Shown here piece after piece: positions 14,263-23,146 of a DNA stretch of 36,417 nucleotides. Each line of letters opens with the position of its first letter. The first letter of the stretch is position 1. Position numbers and translations under genes: made by a program. The notes beneath the pieces are model-generated. The model was not told the origin of the DNA, did not search any database, and was given only the letters and a program-made list of their open reading frames with translations. This stretch comes from a virus. Its lineage: Duplodnaviria; Caudoviricetes. The DNA lies in IMG/VR virus record IMGVR_UViG_3300020045_003357, positions 1 through 36,417 of that record; one strand, given 5' to 3'.

Positions 14263-14763
14263 ATGGCACATCTAGGCGGCAGACCACTCAAATTCAAAAC
14301 CGTAGAGGAACTTCAAGAAAAAATTGATGCTTATTTTGCTGCTTGTGACCCACATACAGAAGATGTTACAGAGTGGGTGAATGCAAGAGATACTTCAGGG
14401 CAACTCAAGAAAGACGAGAACGGCCTTAATTACTTAGTCGAAGTAAGCCATAAGATAATGACCGAGCAAATACCATACACCGTTACAGGGCTTGCACTTG
14501 CTTTAGATACATCAAGAGAAACGCTTATAAACTATGAAGATAGAGTAGAGTATTTTGACACTATAAAAGTTGCCAAGGAAAGAATACAGAATTATTTGGA
14601 GCTTAATCTTAATAGCCCAAGCCCAACCGGTACTATATTCAACCTGAAGAACAACTACGGTTGGAAAGATAAAACAGAGTCAGAGATTACTAACCCTGAT
14701 GGATCATTGAACCCTATGAATGCTCTAACTGCAGACGAGTTACGCAAACTTGCTAACAAATAG
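14263..14763 (+). CDS. terS: Terminase small subunit (P22 gp3-like DNA-packaging family)
   Basis: GGRPLKFKTVEELQEKIDAYF..TVTGLALALDTSRETL..IFNLKNNYGWKDK; lies upstream of TerL. Confidence 0.85.
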   Translation: MAHLGGRPLKFKTVEELQEKIDAYFAACDPHTEDVTEWVNARDTSGQLKKDENGLNYLVEVSHKIMTEQIPYTVTGLALALDTSRETLINYEDRVEYFDTIKVAKERIQNYLELNLNSPSPTGTIFNLKNNYGWKDKTESEITNPDGSLNPMNALTADELRKLANK

Positions 14764-14853
14764 TTGTTTGGTGATATAAATATATAACCTTAGTGCCAAG
14801 AAAAACGCCATTATATAAATCGATACAGTAATCTAATATCACAAAAGGTATAA

Positions 14854-16248
14854 ATGTCTGAGATACCAGAATACATTAAGCAAGAGGCACGCAAAGAATT
14901 AGCCCGCAGATATTTCTGGGATTTTGAGCAGGCACTATACCCTGACATCTTTACAGACGATAAAAAGCTACTTAAGAACGTAGCTGATACATTACAGCAT
15001 TTCTATGAAGACTCACCAAAACACTATCTGGTAATATCATTACCTCCTGGTCACTTTAAATCATTTACAGGAAAGAACTTTGTAGAATGGGTACTCGGCA
15101 AAGACAAACACAAGCGCATCATCTCTGCAAGCAATGCTGGTGATCTAGCAAGTACATTCTCATCACAAATACGTGATACTATCCTTGGGCTTAATGTTGG
15201 CAAGAACGGCATACCATACCCACAGATATTCCCAGACACACAGGTCAAATACGGCTTTGCGACTAAAAGCAAATGGGAATTAGAAGGAAGTGCTGAACCA
15301 TCGTATCGAGCTACATCACCTACATCTGCCATCACTGGAGCACGTGCTGATGTGTTTGTAGTCGATGACATCATAAAGAACGCCCTTGACGCTCTAAATG
15401 CCTTAAATCTAGCTGCTTATTGGGATTGGTATAGGAACACATTATTTAGCCGCGCCGATGGTGATAACTACAAGTTTATATTCATTATGCAGCGCTGGGC
15501 TAAGGGAGACCTATCTGGCCGTATTATAGATTTTTATGGTGACGATGTTGAAGTGGTTGACTTCCCGGTAGAGAATGAAGCTGGTGAGATACTTGAACCG
15601 GCAATTATGTCACGCGAAAAGCTTGAAGAGGTCAGGAAAACTTTAGCGCCTGAGATATTTTCTGCTAACTATTACCAGAAGCCGATGGACGTAGAGGGTA
15701 GATTGTACAAGCAGTTTGAAGAGTGGACAGAACTGCCGCCTTGTATCGTTAAAAAGAACAATACAGATGTCGCTGACGAGGGCAAAGACTTCCTATCATC
15801 TTGGGATTGGTTTGAGCATGATGGTAAAGTCTACGTTACTGACATATACCATTCAAACGAGAAAGCCGAGATTACTGAGCCAGCGGTTGCAAGGATGCTC
15901 CACGCTGATGGGGTCAACACCGCAGAGTTTGAATCAAACAATGGTGGTAAAGGGTACGCGCGTAACATCGAAAGAGAGTTGACAAAGCTTGGTAACAAGA
16001 AATGCGTAGTGCTCTGGACACCGCAGACCGCAAACAAAGAGGCTCGTATACTTGCTTCGAGCGCATGGGTGCAACGGAACGTCTTTATGCCGCCGAATTG
16101 GATGACGAAGTACCCACAAGCAGCCGAGCAAATCCTTACATACGTTGCCGGTGGCAAGAATGCCCACGATGACGCACCTGATGTACTTGCAACCATCTAT
16201 GAAAGAGTCGCTAATACTAAGCCGCTAGAATACGGTTCGGTAAGGTGA
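14854..16248 (+). CDS. terL: Terminase large subunit
   Basis: Walker A variant PPGHFKS, ITGARADVFVVDD (Walker B), IMQRW, C-terminal HDDAPD nuclease motif. Confidence 0.95.
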   Translation: MSEIPEYIKQEARKELARRYFWDFEQALYPDIFTDDKKLLKNVADTLQHFYEDSPKHYLVISLPPGHFKSFTGKNFVEWVLGKDKHKRIISASNAGDLASTFSSQIRDTILGLNVGKNGIPYPQIFPDTQVKYGFATKSKWELEGSAEPSYRATSPTSAITGARADVFVVDDIIKNALDALNALNLAAYWDWYRNTLFSRADGDNYKFIFIMQRWAKGDLSGRIIDFYGDDVEVVDFPVENEAGEILEPAIMSREKLEEVRKTLAPEIFSANYYQKPMDVEGRLYKQFEEWTELPPCIVKKNNTDVADEGKDFLSSWDWFEHDGKVYVTDIYHSNEKAEITEPAVARMLHADGVNTAEFESNNGGKGYARNIERELTKLGNKKCVVLWTPQTANKEARILASSAWVQRNVFMPPNWMTKYPQAAEQILTYVAGGKNAHDDAPDVLATIYERVANTKPLEYGSVR

Positions 16249-16250
16249 TT

Positions 16251-16259
16251 TGCTATAAT
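16251..16259 (+). promoter_or_regulatory. Extended -10 late promoter
   Basis: TGcTATAAT; TTTGCTATAATAAGAG is identical to 33856-33871. Confidence 0.7.
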
Positions 16260-16280
16260 AAGAGGTAAAGGACTATACGA

Positions 16281-16460
16281 ATGATTAAAAACCTGCTGAC
16301 CTCAATAAAATCAAACATTTCGGAGCTATATACAGGGCTACTTTTGGCTGTATTTATTCCTGCTGTGGTTGGGTTTATGACGGAACTATTATGGGGGCTT
16401 CTTTTATCGTTTGTTATCCAAGCAATAATCGGTATCTTCTACATAAGGAATGGTAAATAA
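16281..16460 (+). CDS. Small two-TM protein upstream of portal (59 aa)
   Basis: SD AAAGGA; two hydrophobic helices; TAATG coupling to the portal gene. Confidence 0.7.
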   Translation: MIKNLLTSIKSNISELYTGLLLAVFIPAVVGFMTELLWGLLLSFVIQAIIGIFYIRNGK

Positions 16461-18535
16461 TGGGAATACTCAAACAAGTTCTCGGTGCACAAATGCATGT
16501 GCACAATACAAATGAATATGCGCCGTCATTCGGTATGCGCTCCATGTTCGACCACTTCAAGTCAGAACAGTATGCCTCAGCTTACCCTAACATCCGTGCT
16601 ATATCTGCCGAGTATATGCAGGTCAAGCCATTTGCAATCAATGTGAATGGTGAGCCAGCCCAGAATAACAACATTATCAATGCCCTGTATCACCCAAACC
16701 AGTCTGACAGTTCGGTCGCATTCGCCGAAAAAGTTGCTGTTTCTACTCTGTATCACCGCAAAACGTATTTGCTTGTATGGCGGCGCGAAGGCAATGAGAC
16801 AAAGCCAGGCGGCGAGTTTGGTGTTAAAGGCCGCAATATTGCCGGTTTTACTTTCTTAGAATATCCTGGAGTCACAAGACGAGATGGGCGTACATTTTAT
16901 AGTATCGGCGCCCAAGAGTTTAGTGATAAAGAGGTTATTGTGCTTCCAGGGGGAGTTGACCCTACGAACCTATATGGTGGTTACTCCCCCAGCGAAGCAT
17001 CACGACGTTGGGCAAAGCTTGACGACTATATTGCTGACTTCCAATCAGGCTTCTTTGAAAATGGTGCTGTGCCTGCCGGAGTTATCAATGTAGTTGCTGC
17101 AACCACGCAAGAGTACAACGATATAGTCGATACAATTCTTGCTCGTCATCAAGGTGCTGGACAGCATGGTAAGGTAACATTCTCACATACTCCACTCGAC
17201 CAAACAGGAAAACCTGCTCAAGCTCAGATTACTTGGACACCATTCGGCCAGAGCAACAAAGACATGGACTTCAAGACCATGTACGACCAGGTAGACAAGC
17301 GCCTGTCTTCTGCTTACGGTGTTGCAGATATTATTAAGGGCATTGATTCTAACGCAAAGTATGACAATGGCGGATTCTCAGAGAAGACCTTTGCCAAGCG
17401 TGCTGTATACCCACTACTGCTTCGTAACTATACCCAAATCAATCACGAGTTGAACCGTATTACCGGCGGTACTGGCATTGCTATAACATTCGACTATGAA
17501 ATACCGTCACTTGCTGACGAAGAAAAGGTGACGGCTGAAACAAAGCAAATAGAGGGTGAAATTATCCTCAAATACACGAGCGAACCATATAACTGGTCGC
17601 TCGATAGTGTAGTTGATGCATTCCAGTTGTCTAATTCATACAAATTATTGAAGCAAGGAACAAAAGCAGCAGTAATTGAAAACGACAAGCCAGACGTCGA
17701 CGAGGGTAAAGAAGTTGTTGAATCACCTGACCCTGAGAAAATTGACGGGCTTACCCCGGTGAATAAAATGGAGCTGCCAAAGGTTACTCCAAAAGCTGAA
17801 GCTACTGATGAAGACAAACTAGCTGCCGCTACAAAACAATTTATGCAAGCTCAAGTTGACCGCGTTGTGCAAGAATACCAAGACGAGCCTACCGATGTTG
17901 TAGAGCCATCGCCTAAAGATGACGAGCTGGAAGCATTTATCGTTGCAATGCTTGTTGTCATAGCCGGAATACTTTTATTGAAAGGCCAAGAAGAATATGC
18001 TGCTGGTGCTGAGTTGGCAGGAGTCGCACTCGATGACTTGCAAGGGTTCAACCTTACAGAAGAAGCCACAGACGCATATAGAGCATATCTAAAGCGTGTT
18101 GGCACTAGTTATGGTGAAGACACGGCTAACTCAATTCGTAAAGTGCTTGCTGACGCTAATGACCTTGGCTTGTCACGTGCTGACACCGAAAAAGCACTCA
18201 AAGAGATTATGAATACTGATGACTGGCGAGTACGTAGGCTAGCTCGAACAGAGCTTAATCGCTCACAAGCTACAGGTGCTATTGAAGGTATGAAAGAGTT
18301 GCAAGCTGAAACTGGGCTGACGATTAGTAAAATATGGCATGTAAACAATTCCTCAGCTTGCCCGTGGTGCGTTACAATGGACGGTACGAAGGTAGGGCTT
18401 GACCAGCCGTTTATTCCAATGGGAAGTTCAATAGTCGATGATGAAGGCAAAGTATTGGTAAATGACTGGCAAGATATTGATACGGCACAAGGACACCCTA
18501 ATTGCACATGCTCAATTGTGTGGGAGGTAAACTAA
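16460..18535 (+). CDS. HK97-type portal fused to a MuF/SPP1-gp7-like head morphogenesis domain
   Basis: GGYSPS..FFENGAVPAGVI portal motifs; C-terminal RRLARTE..KIW..ACPWC..HPNCTC. Confidence 0.9.
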   Translation: MGILKQVLGAQMHVHNTNEYAPSFGMRSMFDHFKSEQYASAYPNIRAISAEYMQVKPFAINVNGEPAQNNNIINALYHPNQSDSSVAFAEKVAVSTLYHRKTYLLVWRREGNETKPGGEFGVKGRNIAGFTFLEYPGVTRRDGRTFYSIGAQEFSDKEVIVLPGGVDPTNLYGGYSPSEASRRWAKLDDYIADFQSGFFENGAVPAGVINVVAATTQEYNDIVDTILARHQGAGQHGKVTFSHTPLDQTGKPAQAQITWTPFGQSNKDMDFKTMYDQVDKRLSSAYGVADIIKGIDSNAKYDNGGFSEKTFAKRAVYPLLLRNYTQINHELNRITGGTGIAITFDYEIPSLADEEKVTAETKQIEGEIILKYTSEPYNWSLDSVVDAFQLSNSYKLLKQGTKAAVIENDKPDVDEGKEVVESPDPEKIDGLTPVNKMELPKVTPKAEATDEDKLAAATKQFMQAQVDRVVQEYQDEPTDVVEPSPKDDELEAFIVAMLVVIAGILLLKGQEEYAAGAELAGVALDDLQGFNLTEEATDAYRAYLKRVGTSYGEDTANSIRKVLADANDLGLSRADTEKALKEIMNTDDWRVRRLARTELNRSQATGAIEGMKELQAETGLTISKIWHVNNSSACPWCVTMDGTKVGLDQPFIPMGSSIVDDEGKVLVNDWQDIDTAQGHPNCTCSIVWEVN

Positions 18536-18864
18536 TGGCATACGATATTCAGGCACGTTGCAAGTTTTGTGACAGATATATTCCTGTACAAGTAGAAACT
18601 AGCTCAAGTATTCGTGTTCGCTGCGCAGATCGTAAATGTAAGCAGTGGAATGACATAAAAGTAACAATGATGTCAGATGCATACAAAGGTAGTGAGCACA
18701 CACATACTGTTGCTGAACCAAATATGACGCTTGTTACTGAACTCAAGAAGCAAGCGCTCAAATTAGATGGCCGCACTAAAGAAGCAAAAAACCTCAATGC
18801 AAAGATAGCAGACATGGAAAAATACATTGCGTCACTTGAGGGCATAATCGATGGACAGGGATAA
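18535..18864 (+). CDS. Zn-ribbon (Com-like) plus coiled-coil protein
   Basis: RCKFCDRY..RCADRKCKQWN; SD GGAGG before ATG 18535. Confidence 0.6.
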   Translation: MAYDIQARCKFCDRYIPVQVETSSSIRVRCADRKCKQWNDIKVTMMSDAYKGSEHTHTVAEPNMTLVTELKKQALKLDGRTKEAKNLNAKIADMEKYIASLEGIIDGQG

Positions 18865-20563
18865 ACTAGCCCAGCTTCGACAAAAGAAAGCTGAAAACAA
18901 GGCGAAACTTCACAAAGAGCTGCTAGATTCTAATGCTTCTATTAAAGATGCTGTTACGGCTCTACATGAAGTTATAAATGCCAAAGAACCTGTGAACCTC
19001 GACGGGCTTGCTGAGCAGATAAAAGAGCTAAGAGAGTCACAAACATACGGCGAGGATATAAAACGCCTAGAAGCTGCTCTCCGTGAGTCTAGCGACAAAG
19101 AAAAGCTTGACGAAGTTATCACAGCAGTCGGCAATATAAGCAACAAAGACGTAGTGATGGCAGTCAATGGCCTAATCGAGAAATTAGAAGCAAGAGTTGT
19201 CGACCAATCTCCAGAAGCCTACCAACCTGTGCGTAGAGTACGTAAAATAGGGCAACGACTTGTCTTTGATGATGACCCATTGCAAGTAAACGTTGCAAGT
19301 AGCGGCGGAGGTGGCGGTATTGCATCATTCAAAGATGCTTCTGGTAGGGTTACACAAGTTGTTTTGACTACTACTGGCAAAGTACCAGTTGAATTATCTG
19401 ACGGCATCGAAGTTACAGCGGCTAGCCCTAGTGGTACAGTTGACACTGGCAATTCTACCAATACACCGCTCGGAATAAATGCTACATTCACTGGGGTATG
19501 GGTGGACACACTAGCGTATTCAGAGGTTATTGTGTCAGTTTCTCCACATGGTTCTCCAAGTGTGACTGATGGGTTACAGATACAATGGTCGTATGATGGT
19601 ATAAATATTGCTGATGCAGATGTGTTCACTATAAGTGACGAGTCGAGTAAAACATTTACTTTCCATTGCCACGCAAAATATGTACGCATAGTTTATACGA
19701 ATGATGGTGTTGCACAAACAACATTTAGTTTGCAAACATTACTAAAGGTATATGCTAGCAAAGGTAGCTCACACCGGCTAAAAGATAATCTCGTAGAAGA
19801 AGATGATGCTGTTGTCACAACGAGTTTGATTTCTGGGTACTCTGAGGCAACTGGTGGTGTTATTAGGAAGATAAAAGTTACCCCAAGCGGCGCATTGGTT
19901 ATACCAGATGGGGCATCTACCGAAGCAAAGCAAGATGATATTATCACTGCCATTACAGCCCCTATTAGTGGCACAGTTGCAGTAAGTAATTTTCCTGCAA
20001 CTCAGCCGGTTTCACTTGCTAGTGTACCAAGTCATGCAGTTACGAATACCGGAACATTCGCTGTGCAGTCAACTAATCAGGCAAATTCTGGCGTAGATAT
20101 TGGCGATGTCACAGTAAATAATGCAGCCGGTGCTAGTGCAGTGAATATACAAGATGGTGGTAACTCTATCACTGTAGATGGTATGGTAGCAGTCAGCGCC
20201 CTCCCTACCGGCACAAATAACATCGGTGATGTGGACGTTGCAACCCTCCCGGTCGATACCTATTCAGCCGTAGCCATAGATGCCACAACCATGGGCGATA
20301 ATACTATCGTCGCTATCACAAACGCCCCACGCCTGTATTACATCTGTCTATCTGCAAATGGCGCAAACTCTGCCGATGTGACAGCAATAGTCAAAATAGG
20401 TACTTCTGAGAAGTTCAAGGTATCACTAAAGGCAGGGGCTATGTTTGCAAGGAATATTGGTGCAGGCCGTCGGTATCTCACTGGTTCAGCAGGTAACGAT
20501 ATTATAGTAAATCTAAGCGCAGCACAGACCGTACATGTCAGTGCGGAATACGAGGACGCATAA
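18851..20563 (+). CDS. Putative head-associated fibre protein (coiled-coil N-terminus, Gly hinge, beta-rich C-terminus)
   Basis: ~130-aa helical region, SSGGGGG hinge, Thr/Ser/Val-rich repeats (VSNFPATQPVS, IGDVTV, IGDVDV). Confidence 0.55.
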   Translation: MDRDKLAQLRQKKAENKAKLHKELLDSNASIKDAVTALHEVINAKEPVNLDGLAEQIKELRESQTYGEDIKRLEAALRESSDKEKLDEVITAVGNISNKDVVMAVNGLIEKLEARVVDQSPEAYQPVRRVRKIGQRLVFDDDPLQVNVASSGGGGGIASFKDASGRVTQVVLTTTGKVPVELSDGIEVTAASPSGTVDTGNSTNTPLGINATFTGVWVDTLAYSEVIVSVSPHGSPSVTDGLQIQWSYDGINIADADVFTISDESSKTFTFHCHAKYVRIVYTNDGVAQTTFSLQTLLKVYASKGSSHRLKDNLVEEDDAVVTTSLISGYSEATGGVIRKIKVTPSGALVIPDGASTEAKQDDIITAITAPISGTVAVSNFPATQPVSLASVPSHAVTNTGTFAVQSTNQANSGVDIGDVTVNNAAGASAVNIQDGGNSITVDGMVAVSALPTGTNNIGDVDVATLPVDTYSAVAIDATTMGDNTIVAITNAPRLYYICLSANGANSADVTAIVKIGTSEKFKVSLKAGAMFARNIGAGRRYLTGSAGNDIIVNLSAAQTVHVSAEYEDA

Positions 20564-22707
20564 TGCGAGTAGCAATCGAACAACTAGTAACAACCCAAAG
20601 CACCCTGAATTACCTGAGTGAGAGTGCCTATGACTCTACCAAGTGGAACCTTGGCAAAGGGCTCATTTATAACGCAGGCGCTACTGCCATAGATAAATAC
20701 ATTGCCCCTGACTTTCAAGCTATCCGACCAATGGAAGAAAGTACCCCATTTGCAGTTGCGCAGATATTTGCCCACAATCTTAGTGCAACAACAACCTACG
20801 TATTCGGGGTTGAAGCGCTTACTACCGCTGTAGCTACTCGTCGTGTTCATCTATGGGAATTGAACCGCAAGACTGGCGCAAGGAGCTGGAGAGGCTTTAT
20901 TACTATGACACTCGCCACTGCCACAGCCCATACCGTACGTGATTTTAAGATAGATGTAAAAAATGAGAGCACTGGTACAGTTCAGGTGGCTACAACAGCA
21001 GTAACGGGTTCTGGTACGGCATTTGCTACAAATAAAGTAGCTATCGGTGCTCGTATTGGCTTTGGCTCGACTGACCCAGCACAAATTACTACATGGTATC
21101 GTGTCTCTGCTCGTGCCTCAGATACAGGGCTAACACTTGCGACAAGCGCAGGAACCATAGCTGCAGGTACGGCGTATGTTATTCAAGAGTTCCGACCTAT
21201 ATACGTTGCGACAAACGCTACGACAACCAACGGTGGCATACACTATGGTAAGGGTATTAGTATTGAAGACTTTATTTCTACTGGTACAACTATTGCTCTT
21301 GCAGTTTCAACAGATGACCAAAAAGCAATGTATTGGCTAAAAGACGCAGCGACACAAACAAACATTGTTGCAGCAGGAGCAGCAGCCGAGTTTGACGTAG
21401 CAACCCCAACAAGCCTACCATTTTACATTCTCGACCTTGTTGTGGCCGGTAGTTACAAGGTATATAAATATAATATTCGTGCAGCCCTCACCGTAGCCAC
21501 TGGAGCATCAGTCTCAGCGTTTACACTCGCAACAGGGAACCAAGTAGTGACTGGAACCGGTTCGCAGAATGCTAATTTATGTATCGCAACTGCAGCGCAT
21601 GGGTTAGGAAATGGGATTAAATCATTATACTTTGTCACTACTACAAGGGTTTACCGTGCCGCGGTAACAAACATAACATCAGCAAGCACAACATGGCAAT
21701 CTGACGTTATAGCTGAAATACCTCCAGGTGGCACGTCTACTTACGCAGTTACAGGTGCGATAAACACAATTGAATATATGCCATCTGTCGATGCATTTAT
21801 TGTAGGAACAACTCACGCAACTTCTGCAACATCATATATCACACAGTATGTTGCTTCTGGCGCACAATTCCAAAAGAATTTCGGTCGAGACTATAAGTAC
21901 CTTGAGCAATCGCTAAAAGATAGTGATGCGCCAACCATATTCTCTAATCAGCTTACAGCATTCAGCTATACCGATGCAGGGGGTAACCGTATATTTGCAG
22001 TCAAGCAGGGGACTATCATATCGACAAATCATATTTATGTAATGGCATTCGGTGCAGATTGGGATTACGCAGTAAACTCTCACGGCAGACTTATATCCCC
22101 AGAGATAACTACCCCAAATGCAGCAAAGTACTACAGAGTATTCATAAATAATGTGAGATACATAGGTGACACACAGCTAGGTAAGCCTACTGAGCCGTTT
22201 CGTGTCTATGCCCGTACTGCCAACATAACAACAGATGAAACGAGTGGCTGGACGCTCATAGATGAAACAAATGACCTATCAGGTTTTGCCGGTGCTCCCT
22301 CTATTCAGTTCGCCATCGAGTTTAGAACAATAGGCGAGAGCTGCCTGCCATCACGTGTACTCGGTATAAATCTGAGCTATGAGGATAACACCACTGACAG
22401 TCATTATGCGGTATCTGTTGCAAAATCTGACCTCGCCAATAAGCGGTTTGCGTTCTGGTTTAAGACAGCTTTCGGTTCAACAGTACCTACCATACAAATT
22501 GCCCTCTATGACGCAGATACAGGTGGCGTACTCCTAACTGATGACAGTGCAACACCTACTGGTGGGACATGGGAAAAGACAACAGACGGTACAAGCTGGA
22601 GCACCTATAACACAACTGACAGGGCGAACGCCACCACATGGATACGCTACACACCTACGTCACTGGCAGACAATATTAAAGTTCAAGCATACCTAACACA
22701 GGCCTAA
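20563..22707 (+). CDS. Large Thr/Ala-rich beta-structure virion/adhesion protein
   Basis: 714 aa; TGTVQVATTAVTGSGTAF fibre-type motif; coupled start. Confidence 0.55.
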   Translation: MRVAIEQLVTTQSTLNYLSESAYDSTKWNLGKGLIYNAGATAIDKYIAPDFQAIRPMEESTPFAVAQIFAHNLSATTTYVFGVEALTTAVATRRVHLWELNRKTGARSWRGFITMTLATATAHTVRDFKIDVKNESTGTVQVATTAVTGSGTAFATNKVAIGARIGFGSTDPAQITTWYRVSARASDTGLTLATSAGTIAAGTAYVIQEFRPIYVATNATTTNGGIHYGKGISIEDFISTGTTIALAVSTDDQKAMYWLKDAATQTNIVAAGAAAEFDVATPTSLPFYILDLVVAGSYKVYKYNIRAALTVATGASVSAFTLATGNQVVTGTGSQNANLCIATAAHGLGNGIKSLYFVTTTRVYRAAVTNITSASTTWQSDVIAEIPPGGTSTYAVTGAINTIEYMPSVDAFIVGTTHATSATSYITQYVASGAQFQKNFGRDYKYLEQSLKDSDAPTIFSNQLTAFSYTDAGGNRIFAVKQGTIISTNHIYVMAFGADWDYAVNSHGRLISPEITTPNAAKYYRVFINNVRYIGDTQLGKPTEPFRVYARTANITTDETSGWTLIDETNDLSGFAGAPSIQFAIEFRTIGESCLPSRVLGINLSYEDNTTDSHYAVSVAKSDLANKRFAFWFKTAFGSTVPTIQIALYDADTGGVLLTDDSATPTGGTWEKTTDGTSWSTYNTTDRANATTWIRYTPTSLADNIKVQAYLTQA

Positions 22708-22708
22708 C

Positions 22709-23038
22709 ATGGCACTGACAGATATACTTGCACCAAGCGGCGAAAGTGGCGAGAGTCTCGTCAATAGACAAGACATAGGCTTGCCAACTGAGATAATCTC
22801 AGCGCTCTACAACGAGTTCACTCTGCCTGCTGGTGCAGGAGCTGGTGCAGTATTCCCTGATGAGGGTGATGTTGACCTTGGCATAGTCTATGGATCGACC
22901 GGTACGGATATGACAGGCACATTAGTACAGCCAGCTGAGAGTGATGTCATGACCGGTATATCGTATGGCGCGAATGGCACGGAGTTTGAAGGAACGGCTA
23001 CTGGTGGTGGCGGGTTTATATCAATAATAAATGAGTAG
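22709..23038 (+). CDS. Small acidic Gly-rich protein with a duplicated PxxxDVxxGxxYG motif
   Basis: PDEGDVDLGIVYG..TGT and PAESDVMTGISYG..EGT. Confidence 0.6.
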   Translation: MALTDILAPSGESGESLVNRQDIGLPTEIISALYNEFTLPAGAGAGAVFPDEGDVDLGIVYGSTGTDMTGTLVQPAESDVMTGISYGANGTEFEGTATGGGGFISIINE

Positions 23039-23066
23039 CGGCTAAAGGCTACTGGTACCCCCTACT

Positions 23067-23075
23067 TGCTATAAT
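23067..23075 (+). promoter_or_regulatory. Extended -10 late promoter for the capsid operon
   Basis: TGcTATAAT preceded by TACCCCC, as at 33846. Confidence 0.7.
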
Positions 23076-23146
23076 AATAGGTAGAAGTACACAGATGCTT
23101 GTATATAAGCGCGTAAGGCTTCGCACTTAATAAGTAAAGGTAAAAT

